Shown here in pieces: positions 21,567 to 31,218 of a stretch of 64,000 nt of DNA. The position numbers and the translations under genes were made by a program. Where the stretch lies: the NCBI GenBank assembly GCA_947490615.1, contig CANLHK010000009.1, positions 18,846 to 82,845 on the forward strand, read 5' to 3'. Position 1 is the first letter of the stretch. Every line of letters begins with the position of its first letter. Origin of the DNA: Planctomycetaceae bacterium. Its GTDB lineage: Bacteria; Planctomycetota; Phycisphaerae; Phycisphaerales; SM1A02. Under the pieces are notes generated by a model. That model had not been told where the DNA came from, did not search any database, and saw only the letters and a program-made list of their open reading frames with translations.

Positions 21567-22566
21567 GGCGTGTTCCGTGGTGGCGTGCGGGCAGCAGTGC
21601 TGCGAGTGTCGGGGCGAGCGAACGGGCGATGGCAGCGTGGCCTTCGCGCGTCGGATGAACATCGATCGGGAACCTGAACTGGCGGCGATCGAGTGGGGAG
21701 TATTGTCGGAGATCGGGCAGCGGATCGTGCACCGCGCAACCGAGTTTTGTGCCGAGCTCGGCGAATCGCCGTTGGTAGGCCGCGGCACTGCTGGTGCCTT
21801 CGACATGCTGGTAGAGCGGCAGTGGCATGATCACCACAGGCTTCGAATGTCCCCTCACCCAGGCAGAGAGGATGGCTTCCATCAGCAGCCAGTGCGGGTT
21901 TCGCGGACTTCCATAGTCAGGAACTGGCTGGTAGCCGCTGAGTTTTTGCACGACTTGCTGGAGTCCCGCGCGTCGGATGAGCTTGCGGAGCAATTCAAAT
22001 CGACCGCCGCGATCCACTGCGCCGCGCTCCTCTGGAGGAAGCGACGCCTCAGGGATCGGACGACGCTCGGGGGGATTGTGGTGAAGCACGAGCGCGCCGT
22101 TGTGCAGCGTGAAGTACGGCTTCGCAAACACGACATCGTTCCCTTGATCGTCCTGGTAGCGGCGAAAGCGCGCGGCAATTCGACGGATGTTCTCGACGAG
22201 TACGGCGATCACCAGAACATCGTGGTCGATCCCTTGGGCAAACTCTTGGTAGGCGAGGTACTGCTGGTCAGTACCTGAACCAGGAAGTCCAAAGTTGTAG
22301 ACCTCGGTCTCTGGAAGGAGCCCCTCGAGGAGATCGGAGTAGCGATGGCCGTTCGAGACGCCATCGCCTGCAGTGAAGGAGTCGCCAAACACCAACACGC
22401 GCTGCAGGCCGGGCGTCCGCTCGCGCACGAATTCACGATCGCAGCGAAATCCATCGCCGTTGGCACGAAGGAGATACCCGCCACTCTCGTGTGGAACGCG
22501 CGCCTTGAGTCCGGGGATAAACCGGTACGCCGTGGCGGGGTGGTATTCGAAGCATTGTCGCGACAT
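21559..22566 (-). CDS. SGNH/GDSL hydrolase family protein
   Basis: Block I motif VLVFGDSFTAGDGV. 335 aa. Its 3' end overlaps the carbamoyltransferase start by 8 nt. Confidence 0.7.
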   Translation of the reverse strand: MSRQCFEYHPATAYRFIPGLKARVPHESGGYLLRANGDGFRCDREFVRERTPGLQRVLVFGDSFTAGDGVSNGHRYSDLLEGLLPETEVYNFGLPGSGTDQQYLAYQEFAQGIDHDVLVIAVLVENIRRIAARFRRYQDDQGNDVVFAKPYFTLHNGALVLHHNPPERRPIPEASLPPEERGAVDRGGRFELLRKLIRRAGLQQVVQKLSGYQPVPDYGSPRNPHWLLMEAILSAWVRGHSKPVVIMPLPLYQHVEGTSSAAAYQRRFAELGTKLGCAVHDPLPDLRQYSPLDRRQFRFPIDVHPTREGHAAIARSLAPTLAALLPARHHGTRHE

Positions 22567-22749
22567 GAGGACGACGGGCCTAGGCTGACGATGGATGGAC
22601 GGGAACCGTGCATTCAGCCCGCTCGCGTGCCGACGGCGCGAGAGTGCGAGAGCACCGAAGAATAACGAATCAGCAGGGCTGGTTCAATGAACAAGGCTCG
22701 GTGCACCCACCAACCCGCGCGATTCAAGCCGTTTTTTCCTCGATCCCGC

Positions 22750-25700
22750 TTACCGCCGCTGCCAGCGCTCGACGACCTCGTGGAGGTCCGCATCGCGGGC
22801 TTCGTTGGCGTTGGGTCCGAAGTACTTGAGCTCGAGGAGGACGATCTCTTCGCGGAGACTCTTGGCGAGGTCGGGGCGGAGGCTCGCTCCGCCGTCCTGT
22901 TCGAGCCGTCGCAGCGAGGTGACAACACCCAATGGAGTCACCCGGGCGGGAGCCCAGAGCGGCACGCCCAGCGGTGCCACCGCGTTGCGTCGTCGACGCA
23001 CCCACACGCCCGCGCCACCCGCTGCTGCAGCGATGAGCATGGCCAGCGCGACGCGCGTCGGGGACCAGAACGCGAGATGCACCGCGACCGAGTCACCACT
23101 CACAGGCATGATGTCGAGTTCGTCGTAGAACTTACTCTCGAGCTTGCCTTGCACGCCTGTAGCGAGTGTTGGGAGATGGAAGGCGCTCCCGACCGATCCG
23201 CTTGCGCGTCGATAGGTCACCTTGAAGGTGCGCTCGATGGGAAGTCGGTACATCCCGTCCTTGTCGGGCTCTGGGTAACCGCCCTCGGGCGCGGTCGGAG
23301 CGCCGCGCATCATCATCATCGGGTTCATCGTGGCGTCGGCCGACGCGAGCACGATTGGCGGCTCGGCAACGACGCCGTCCTCGGCGAGTTCATAGCCGTC
23401 GAGCGGCGTGTCGATTCCCGTGAGTGCCTCACGCAAATCGGGAATGACTCCCTTTCCACGCACCCTCACTTCGAGCGTCACCGCATTGCCGCGACCATCG
23501 CTTCCAGCGTCATCTTGGATCGCGCGCACATCAACGAGCTGGGCGATCTCGAGCTCCTCGCAGGCGCGGGGCGCCCGCACGCCGCCGGTGGCAAGAAGCG
23601 GCGTATTACTCGGCAAAGCCAGGGTCACGGGACCAGTTTGGTCGGTGAACTGCATCTCCATCGCGACCGCAGGAACCGCGTCCACCGCAGGGTCCTTGCG
23701 AGTGAGCACCATGTACGCGAGCGGCTTCTCCATCCATCCGTCTTGCCCATCTTCGATCACGCCACGCGGAGGCATGAACGCATCGAAGTAGCCGATCGCA
23801 GCAATCTCAAACTGCTTGCCAAAGGCGTCGTAGATTTGCTTCTGCAGTTCGTCGCGGTGATTCATCTGTCGGAACTGGTTGCCGACGCGGCCATAGACGC
23901 CGTTCTGCAGGTACTTGGAGAATCCGCCTGTCTCGCGATCGACCGAGTGGGTGAAGCGCAAGGAGAGCAGCATGCCAAAGGGTTGATCGACGCCAACCTC
24001 GTCGGGTCCGTCGACGGTGAGCCGCAACTTGATTTCGTCCTTCACAAGATCGCGGTAGAGCTCTTCCATCGCCCGCAATGACGCGCCCGCAGGATGATCG
24101 CCAATGACGCGCAGCGCGTGATGCACCAGTCGCGGCTTGATCTCGGGGTTGGCGCGCTGCACCGCGCCTTCGATGTCCGCAGCGAACGATGCAAGGTGCC
24201 GATCAAATGCTTCGCGCTCCATCGTCTGCAGCGACTTGCGCACGAGATCAATCTGATCGTCCTGCAGCGTGCCTTCCTTGGGAAGGTCATCAGGACGCAG
24301 GAAGTTCAACTCGGCCGTTCCCATCGCAGCGCCAAACCAACGGCGGTGCACGCCAGGATCGTCGCGGGTCTCGCCGCGAGTGAGCGCGCCCACATAGCGC
24401 GACGCTGCATCGGCGAAGGCTTCGAACGCGGCCTTGCGGTACTCGTTGGCCTGCAGCGGATCCTGCGCGCCCTTCTGCGCCTGCTTGAATTGCAGGCGGT
24501 CGTAGGTGAGGGCCGCATGCACGACGGCGAGATTCCACGCCTCAGGCCGCTGGGCAATTGCTGCATCGATCAGGCTGATGGCCACGCTGTAGCCGCGGTC
24601 AACCAGCGCCGCGATCTCACCATCGCTCCGCTTGGTGCCTTGCGCCTTGAGCGCCTCGCGGTTGCGCCAGTCGCCATTCAGACTTCCGCCCATGGTCATC
24701 GCGAGTCCCGCTGCAGTCGCGGGTGGCATCTTGGCGAGCGCGCCAAACACGCGCTCGATGTCGGCCTGTTCGTAGACCTCGGTGCGCGCGTGACAGGCGT
24801 GGAATGCTGGGACGATGCTGGGAAGTTCGCGTGGCTCGATCCCACTCTCGCGCAACTTCGCCACGAGCGTGTCGAGTCGATCGAGGTTTCTTCGCTGCCG
24901 ACCGCGGGTCAGCGGCGCCATCGGCATCGCGTCGCGATAGAAGCTGAAGAACATCATCATCTCTTCGGGGTACGCGACAGACGGACGCAGTCTGCCAACC
25001 CACTTGGAGAGGAAGTGGTCGGAATAATCCGCAGCTTCGGAGGGCGAACTCTTGATCGCGTCATCCAGAAGCGCAAGCGCCTGATCGGTCTCGTCGGCGA
25101 TGACGGCGATGGCAATGCACGCCTTGCGCGCGCGAGTGGCCAAGGAGGGCTCCAGCGATTGCAGCCATTTTTCCGAGGGAATCGCGCGGTGCAGCAACTG
25201 GGAGTTGCGACCAATGAACTGCTGTTGGCCGCGTTCACCGATGGCGCGTTCCATCTCGGCCACGAGTGCGGTCGTCACCATGCGCAAGGGAACACGAAGC
25301 GCCGCGCCGTCGATGCCTTCGCGCGCGAGGAGGACATCAATCGACTCCTTGAGGTTGAGCACGGCCTGTGCGCGTTGCTCTTCCGACACCTGAAGGTTGC
25401 CGATTTGCGCTGCACTGAGTGCGAACTGTTCAAGCGCCGCAGGGCCGAGGGCGGGACTGGCGAAGACCAGCGTGAGCCACGGCGAGACCTGCGTGCGCGG
25501 CACGCTGTTCATCTGCGCGATGGCTAACCGCAGCGCATCGCGGCGCCGTTCGGTGTTCTCGTTCTCGAGAAGCGCGGTCTGCGCGAGAATCGCGAAGGCC
25601 TCGAGGCGCAGTGTTTCCGCTTCGGGTCCTTCGCCTGCTTTGGCAGCGAGGTCGAGCTTGTAGCGCGCATGCACGATGAGCTGAGCGCCGTCGGCGTTGG

Positions 25701-26706
25701 CGCGCGCTTCTTCAAGCGGCGGAAGAAATCCGTAGGCCTCGGCGAGCAGTCCGCCACTCGCAAGAAACTCCACGGTGCGTCGGCGCGCTGCCTCGTCGGC
25801 GGTGCCGAAGTAGCGGGTTCCTGCGCGGATCGCCATGATCATCGAGCCTGTGGAGTATTTCGAGGCGGCCTGTTGGAGCATTCGTCCGAGGCTGGTGATC
25901 TGCCACGGCTTGAACTCGCTCGGCGAGGCTTCGGTGATGGCGAGCACTTCTTCAGGGAGCAGTCCGATCTCGCCGCGATTCATCGATTGCAGAATCGCTG
26001 CGTAGATGGGCTCACTTTCAGGAAGCGGACGGGAGAGTAGATAGGCCGCAAAGGTCGCCCACTCGCCCGCCATGACTTGCAGATGAATCCACCGCGCGAC
26101 CTCTTGCGGTTGCGCGGTTTCCGCGTTGGGCTGCGCCACCTGTCCAAAGCCGAGCTTGGCGCGCGCGGCGAGGACTGCCTCGGGCTTGCGCGTGAAGTCC
26201 AACTCGCGCATCGCGCCCGACACCATCTGTCCGCGCATGATCTCTGCGCTCTTGACCGCGGCGAGACCGAGCACGATGTCAAGGTCGACACCGAGGTCGG
26301 CGTAGTAGGCACGCATCTCATCTTGCGCCGATGGCTCGAGCGCGGCGTACACCTTCTTGAGCTCTTCGGTTTGTGCAGGCGTGAAGAACACATTGGTCGT
26401 CAGCGTGTCACCGACGATGGTGTCGGGTGTGACAGCAATGGGCGGTGGTTCCGCTGCGTCTGCGGGCACGAGCTCCGCGGGTGGCGCCACGCGGACCGCC
26501 GTGGCGGGAACCGACTTGGACATCCGCACCGCGGGCACGGTCTGCGCGAACGCCACGCACGACGAGGCCAAGGCAATCGCAGCGGCCAATGGCGTGGCGA
26601 GCGCGGAGTCGAGGAGACGGGAAGGAAATGCGGAGCGAAGTCCGCCGTGAGTTCGTGTGTGCATCGAGATCATCGCCTGTTTACCAACCGTCGCCGATTT
26701 CGCCAT
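22750..26706 (-). CDS. 1318-aa exported protein, terminal gene of the Bat-like operon (BatD-like C-terminal part with TM anchor)
   Basis: Signal peptide ...AIALASSCVAFAQ. About 900 aa are helix-rich. A beta-rich region follows, then a TM helix VALAMLIAAAAGGAGVWV plus RRRRN and an ~80-aa tail. The start is ambiguous: ATG at 26706 (26-nt overlap with the upstream gene), 26673 or 26664. Confidence 0.6.
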   Translation of the reverse strand: MAKSATVGKQAMISMHTRTHGGLRSAFPSRLLDSALATPLAAAIALASSCVAFAQTVPAVRMSKSVPATAVRVAPPAELVPADAAEPPPIAVTPDTIVGDTLTTNVFFTPAQTEELKKVYAALEPSAQDEMRAYYADLGVDLDIVLGLAAVKSAEIMRGQMVSGAMRELDFTRKPEAVLAARAKLGFGQVAQPNAETAQPQEVARWIHLQVMAGEWATFAAYLLSRPLPESEPIYAAILQSMNRGEIGLLPEEVLAITEASPSEFKPWQITSLGRMLQQAASKYSTGSMIMAIRAGTRYFGTADEAARRRTVEFLASGGLLAEAYGFLPPLEEARANADGAQLIVHARYKLDLAAKAGEGPEAETLRLEAFAILAQTALLENENTERRRDALRLAIAQMNSVPRTQVSPWLTLVFASPALGPAALEQFALSAAQIGNLQVSEEQRAQAVLNLKESIDVLLAREGIDGAALRVPLRMVTTALVAEMERAIGERGQQQFIGRNSQLLHRAIPSEKWLQSLEPSLATRARKACIAIAVIADETDQALALLDDAIKSSPSEAADYSDHFLSKWVGRLRPSVAYPEEMMMFFSFYRDAMPMAPLTRGRQRRNLDRLDTLVAKLRESGIEPRELPSIVPAFHACHARTEVYEQADIERVFGALAKMPPATAAGLAMTMGGSLNGDWRNREALKAQGTKRSDGEIAALVDRGYSVAISLIDAAIAQRPEAWNLAVVHAALTYDRLQFKQAQKGAQDPLQANEYRKAAFEAFADAASRYVGALTRGETRDDPGVHRRWFGAAMGTAELNFLRPDDLPKEGTLQDDQIDLVRKSLQTMEREAFDRHLASFAADIEGAVQRANPEIKPRLVHHALRVIGDHPAGASLRAMEELYRDLVKDEIKLRLTVDGPDEVGVDQPFGMLLSLRFTHSVDRETGGFSKYLQNGVYGRVGNQFRQMNHRDELQKQIYDAFGKQFEIAAIGYFDAFMPPRGVIEDGQDGWMEKPLAYMVLTRKDPAVDAVPAVAMEMQFTDQTGPVTLALPSNTPLLATGGVRAPRACEELEIAQLVDVRAIQDDAGSDGRGNAVTLEVRVRGKGVIPDLREALTGIDTPLDGYELAEDGVVAEPPIVLASADATMNPMMMMRGAPTAPEGGYPEPDKDGMYRLPIERTFKVTYRRASGSVGSAFHLPTLATGVQGKLESKFYDELDIMPVSGDSVAVHLAFWSPTRVALAMLIAAAAGGAGVWVRRRRNAVAPLGVPLWAPARVTPLGVVTSLRRLEQDGGASLRPDLAKSLREEIVLLELKYFGPNANEARDADLHEVVERWQRR

Positions 26707-27547
26707 TCATGCCCGCGCCCTTGGCAGGCTTGTCGCCAGGCTTCTTGCCTTTGCCCTTGCGTGGCTGGGTGCCGAGTCCGTTGCAAGTGCCTGTTGGTGA
26801 GTCCTTGGGCCGAGCCTTGGCGTAGAGCTCGTCGAGCGAACTCTGCTCAAGATCAAGCACGAGCTCGCTGTTCTTCTCGTGGTTGCCGATGGCGTCGGTG
26901 GTCGCGCCGCGTGCCTTGGCGTCTTGCGCGAGGTAGCGGAAGTTCTGTCGGGCGCGCGCGGCAACTTCGCGCCATTCGTCCGCGGGCTTTCCAGCAAGCC
27001 GCATGAGACGCGCGCCGTAGTAGTAGGCCGTCGCGAGCTCTTCTCGCGCTTCGAGAGCCAGCGGCGTCGCGGTCTCGTCGCGCTCCATGGCTTCACCGAG
27101 AAGATCTTCGAGTTCGTTGGTTCCCGCGACGACATCGCCCGTGCGAACCAACGCGCGTGCCTTGGCAAGGCGCACTTGCTCGCGCACCGCGCCGCCGTTC
27201 TCATCGAGTTGCGTTTGCGCTTGCGCGAGCGCGTCGGCGGTCTTGCGCCACGCTGCGGAAGCGGCGGCATACGCAATTTCTTCCTGCGCGTTGGCGGCGA
27301 CGGCAGCGGCGCGCAGGGTGGCGTCGTCCTTGCCAAACGCCGCGACACGCGCATCGATGGCCACAAGATGCGCCGCATAGGCGATCTCCTGCAGCGCGAG
27401 CGACTCTTGTTGGAACTCGTCCGCGCGCGCGACGAGCGCCGCGGCTTGATCTTCGCGGTAGGCGCGCTGGCCTGGGCCAAAGTGGTAGGCGAGCAGGGCG
27501 ACGGGCACAAGTGCCCAAACGGTCCAAGAGAGGCGAGTGAGTTTCAT
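26681..27547 (-). CDS. membrane-anchored helical protein occupying the BatC (TPR) position of the operon
   Basis: N-terminal TM WTVWALVPVALLAYHF, an Ala-rich helical body, and a Lys/Gly-rich tail PRKGKGKKPGDKPAKG. ATGA start/stop overlap with the upstream vWA gene. Confidence 0.5.
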   Translation of the reverse strand: MKLTRLSWTVWALVPVALLAYHFGPGQRAYREDQAAALVARADEFQQESLALQEIAYAAHLVAIDARVAAFGKDDATLRAAAVAANAQEEIAYAAASAAWRKTADALAQAQTQLDENGGAVREQVRLAKARALVRTGDVVAGTNELEDLLGEAMERDETATPLALEAREELATAYYYGARLMRLAGKPADEWREVAARARQNFRYLAQDAKARGATTDAIGNHEKNSELVLDLEQSSLDELYAKARPKDSPTGTCNGLGTQPRKGKGKKPGDKPAKGAGMNGEIGDGW

Positions 27548-28587
27548 GCGAGCCTTCCTCCGAGTGTGGAGTTGGATGCAGAGTTGGCAACCGTCACGCG
27601 GAGATAGGAGCGTGATGCGCCAAAGGTAGTGAGCAGGGGTCCGATGAGGCCGAGGAGCGCGCAGCCTGCGCCCAACGCGACCAACGCAGCTTCGCGCAGG
27701 CCGATGGTGTCGCCGACGCGTGGAGCAATCATGGTGAGCTTGTCGAGCATCGCCTTGGGGAGATGCCGCGTGTTGCCTTCGTGGTAGACGCCGTCAAGCT
27801 TTCCAGCAAGGCTCTTGAGTGTCCACGCATCCTGTCGTGAGGCGTGACCCGACAAGACTGTGGCGCGATTGGGATCACCGACACCGATGACGATCGTGTC
27901 GGCAATCGAGGCGGGACGCGCGCCGACGCTCACGGGCTTGTCGAGGTCACCATCGGAGATCACCACGAGCGTCGTCGACTGACGCGCCCAGCCCTTGGCC
28001 ATCTCAAACGCAGCGTCGATGCCTGCCTGCATGTCGGTGCGCCCCGAACGAAACGCGGTGTAGAGCGGAAGCCCATCCATGAGATTGGCGAGCACATTCT
28101 TGTCGGTCGAGTCGCGCAGCATGGGAATCGCCTTGGTGTAGAAGGCGATCATTGAGACGCGGGTGTCCTTCATATCGAGTCGATCAAGGACGCCTTGCAG
28201 GATCTTTCCCGCCCAGACTCCGCGCATGACGCGCGGCGCGCCGTTGGTTTCGATCGGACCTGCGTCCGCGAGGTTCATGCTCGGGGAGACATCCAACACC
28301 ACGAGCAATTGTCTCGACGCGCGCGGATTCGGCGTGAAGTCTCCTTCAATCGGGTCGTGACGCAGCAAGACCGTCGCGCCAAACGCAGCGAGCATGAGCC
28401 CCGCGATGCGCGCGGCGGGTGCGAGGCGCGCCCAGGCAGCGGGTCGCCCGTCTCCACCGAAAGCCAGACGCGCGATGCGAGCGGTGCGCGCGGCATGGCG
28501 ATGCTCGGCCACCGCAGCGACGACGCCAGCCGCGCACGCGACGAGGACCGCCGAGGTCACGATGCTGATTCCGAGGTCGCTTACCAC
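27544..28587 (-). CDS. von Willebrand factor A domain membrane protein (BatB-like)
   Basis: MIDAS motif LVVLDVSPSM. N-terminal TM helices and a C-terminal TM AALVALGAGCALLGLIGPLL. GTG start overlaps the BatA-like stop. Confidence 0.75.
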   Translation of the reverse strand: MVSDLGISIVTSAVLVACAAGVVAAVAEHRHAARTARIARLAFGGDGRPAAWARLAPAARIAGLMLAAFGATVLLRHDPIEGDFTPNPRASRQLLVVLDVSPSMNLADAGPIETNGAPRVMRGVWAGKILQGVLDRLDMKDTRVSMIAFYTKAIPMLRDSTDKNVLANLMDGLPLYTAFRSGRTDMQAGIDAAFEMAKGWARQSTTLVVISDGDLDKPVSVGARPASIADTIVIGVGDPNRATVLSGHASRQDAWTLKSLAGKLDGVYHEGNTRHLPKAMLDKLTMIAPRVGDTIGLREAALVALGAGCALLGLIGPLLTTFGASRSYLRVTVANSASNSTLGGRLA

Positions 28588-29480
28588 GGCGTGTACCTCG
28601 CGAAGAGAAGACCGAACCCATGCACGCCGAGCAGCACCAACGCCGCGAGCGCAAACGGTCCGTACTCATCGAGCGGCACGGTGCCAATCGGTGCAAAGCG
28701 CGCGGGCTTCATCTTGCCAATGTGATCGAAGATCGCCTTGAGGCTGCTGCCATCGGTTCCTGAGAATGCATCGCCACCCGTGGCTTCCACGAGATCGCGC
28801 ACATCCGCGGGCACGCTGCTCTCATCGATGTGGATGTGGTAGACGACGATGCCGTCGCTCTTGAGTTCTTCGCCAATCGTCTCGGCTTCGCCACCACCGA
28901 GATCGCCGCTCATGCCATCACTCACCAGGACGATGAGGCGATCGCCATCAGAGGTCTCGGCGAGCATGTTCGAGTGGCAGAATCGCAGCGCAGAACCAAT
29001 CATGGTGCCACCCATGTGCGAGGGCTGGTGTTCGGGGTTGGCAAACGGAAGCGCGTTGCGAATGGCGTCGAGGTCTTTCGTCAGCGGCATCCAGCGAATC
29101 TGCTGCACGCCGAAGAGCGTGAGGCCAAAGGCGTCGCCTTCGCGCGCTCTCGTGAAGTCTTCGACGGCCTTGCTGGCGAGTTCGAAGTTGCGGCCCGTCA
29201 TGCTGCCCGACACATCGAGGCAAATCTGGATGTTCGTGAGTGAGCGCTCGCGGCGCGGCGGTCGGAGTGTCTGCGGCTGGGCCAGGATCACGATGGCGAC
29301 GGCGAGCAGTGCCAGCGGCACCGCATCAAAGAAGCCGAGCCATCGCGTGAGCCAAGGGCGTGTGCGGTGTTGGCCGTGATCGCTTGGGCTGACGATGCCA
29401 GCGCCGCGCGTGAAGACGCCACCCGCGAGGATGACGGGAATCGCCAGAAGAAGAAGGATCCAAGGATGCGCGAAAGTCAT
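28581..29480 (-). CDS. von Willebrand factor A domain membrane protein (BatA-like)
   Basis: Internal ATG at 29478-29480. MTFAHPWILLLLAIPVILAG is the typical aerotolerance-regulator (BatA) N-terminus. MIDAS ICLDVSGSM. C-terminal TM. Confidence 0.8.
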   Translation of the reverse strand: MTFAHPWILLLLAIPVILAGGVFTRGAGIVSPSDHGQHRTRPWLTRWLGFFDAVPLALLAVAIVILAQPQTLRPPRRERSLTNIQICLDVSGSMTGRNFELASKAVEDFTRAREGDAFGLTLFGVQQIRWMPLTKDLDAIRNALPFANPEHQPSHMGGTMIGSALRFCHSNMLAETSDGDRLIVLVSDGMSGDLGGGEAETIGEELKSDGIVVYHIHIDESSVPADVRDLVEATGGDAFSGTDGSSLKAIFDHIGKMKPARFAPIGTVPLDEYGPFALAALVLLGVHGFGLLFARYTPW

Positions 29481-30295
29481 CGCGTGGCCCCCTCGAGGGT
29501 TCGCAGCGCGTCGATTTGTGCGAGTGCGGTCGAGCGATCGCCCGCGGTTGGCGCGTGCAGCCATGCTTCGACGGCGCGGACCACGGCGCTCGTCTGTGCG
29601 TCACCACGCAATGCAGCCAACGCAGAGGGGAGGTCGCGCTCAGGGCGATCACTGCGCAGTGCGCGCAGCAAGAGCAATTCAAGTCGTCCACGCTCGGCGA
29701 TATCGAGTTCGCGCGTGCGTGCCTCATCGACGATCGCAAAGAGACGCGCGGTGACCGTGGGCTCGAGGACGGGAGCAGTCTCAATCGGCGCGGGTTTCCT
29801 GCGCAGCAATCGGCGCACAAGAATGGTGAGCGGAACCGCAATCCACAGCGCAACGATCACCCCAACCATCGTGCGGTAATGCGCGGCGAGCGAGAAGCTC
29901 GGCGCGTGCAGACCGAAGACATCGGTTCCGTGGTTGGGCGGAAGCTGTGAGTAGATCTCGACGCGCAGATCGGGCAAGCCGCCTACGGCAGCAATCGCGC
30001 GACCATCGGCGCGCTCGATGCTGCCCGCGAGATCGAAGGGTCCTTCAAGGACACCGATGTACTCGATGCGATAGAGGCCATCAGCGATGGGATTCACACG
30101 CACAAGAACGGCTGCCGACGCATCGAGCACGGGTTTGGCGCGCAACGGCTCAGCACTCGCGACATCGATGAAACCCGTGGTGCCGCGCGCGGTGCGCGGG
30201 GGGGCGGCCGCTGCAACGGTGCTCACGGCGGTTGCTACCACAAGCATCAGTGCGCCTGCGATGCGTCGAGTGCGGTGTGAACTGCAGCGCATCAA
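29477..30295 (-). CDS. hypothetical single-pass membrane protein (in the position where a DUF4381 gene sits in the Bat operons I recall)
   Basis: Signal peptide, an ~130-aa exported domain, TM MVGVIVALWIAVPLTILV plus RRLLRRK, and a helical cytoplasmic tail. ATGA overlaps at both ends. Confidence 0.5.
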   Translation of the reverse strand: MMRCSSHRTRRIAGALMLVVATAVSTVAAAAPPRTARGTTGFIDVASAEPLRAKPVLDASAAVLVRVNPIADGLYRIEYIGVLEGPFDLAGSIERADGRAIAAVGGLPDLRVEIYSQLPPNHGTDVFGLHAPSFSLAAHYRTMVGVIVALWIAVPLTILVRRLLRRKPAPIETAPVLEPTVTARLFAIVDEARTRELDIAERGRLELLLLRALRSDRPERDLPSALAALRGDAQTSAVVRAVEAWLHAPTAGDRSTALAQIDALRTLEGATR

Positions 30296-31176
30296 CCGCG
30301 ACCTCGCAGAAGTCCGCCGCGGTGTTCGAGGAACTGCCGCAGTGCAGGGATGAACTCCTCGTCGGTCTGCAGGCGCAGATAGTCCGCGCCCGAACGCAGC
30401 AACTCGCTGCGCACGACATCGGGTGTGGCAAACTGCGTGGCGTTGGTGCCGACAAAAACGCGGGACGACTCCGCATCACGGGCACGGAAGTAGCCAGCGC
30501 GCAGGGGGCGTGTTTCGCTGGGATCGAGCAGGTGCATCACCGCAACATCGTGTCGCTGCGCGGCGTGGCGAATCTCATGGACGGCGTCGGGATCGTGGAG
30601 ATCGCTCAAGATCACCAGCAGGCTCGCGCGCGACGCGCGTTGCGCGACTTGACGCAATCGCTCGGCCAGCAGCGTTCCTTCGGTGAAATCGTGCGCGCGC
30701 AGCGGCTCGAGCGAATGCCACAAATCATTGCGCGCGAGACTCGCCACAGCTTGCGGCACCGCGCGCTCGCCCGCACCGACGATCGCCACAGGACTCATGC
30801 GACGCAGCGCCACGAGTCCAAGAGCCGCAGCAATCCACACCGCGAGATCATGCTTGCTGCGCGCCACACTCGTCACGGCCATCGACGCAGAAGTGTCGAC
30901 GAGGACATAGACACTCGTGCGCTTGAGCGCTTCGTACTCGCGCACAAACGCCTTGCCGGTGCGCGCGGTGAGTCGCCAGTTGAGCAACCGCACCGAGTCG
31001 CCAGGAATGTAGGGACGGCTGCTGGCGTACTCGAGTCCGCTGCCGAGGAGTCGTGAGGTGTCGCTTCCAAACGCGAGATCATCGGCAAGTCGTCGCAGCA
31101 CGATGTCGAAGTCGCCACGCGCGAGCGACTCGGGCGCAGGGAGATCGAGGTCGGTGCTGGTCTTGGAGGTGATCAC
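30292..31176 (-). CDS. DUF58 family protein (vWA-like, MoxR partner)
   Basis: GLEYASSRPYIPGDSVRLLNWRLTARTGKAFVREYE...VYVLVDTSASM is the DUF58 signature. GTG start. Confidence 0.8.
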   Translation of the reverse strand: MITSKTSTDLDLPAPESLARGDFDIVLRRLADDLAFGSDTSRLLGSGLEYASSRPYIPGDSVRLLNWRLTARTGKAFVREYEALKRTSVYVLVDTSASMAVTSVARSKHDLAVWIAAALGLVALRRMSPVAIVGAGERAVPQAVASLARNDLWHSLEPLRAHDFTEGTLLAERLRQVAQRASRASLLVILSDLHDPDAVHEIRHAAQRHDVAVMHLLDPSETRPLRAGYFRARDAESSRVFVGTNATQFATPDVVRSELLRSGADYLRLQTDEEFIPALRQFLEHRGGLLRGRG

Positions 31177-31218
31177 GTAACTTTCTTTGGGGGCGACTTC
31201 GAGAGAGGTTGGATGCGA

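Noticed and set aside
22687-25527. 464-aa and 477-aa plus-strand ORFs (22687..24081, 24094..25527)
   Set aside because: Both are antisense to the 1318-aa Bat-operon gene, whose frame has a signal peptide, a TM anchor and operon coupling. The plus-strand translations are Arg/His/Gly-rich with no motifs.
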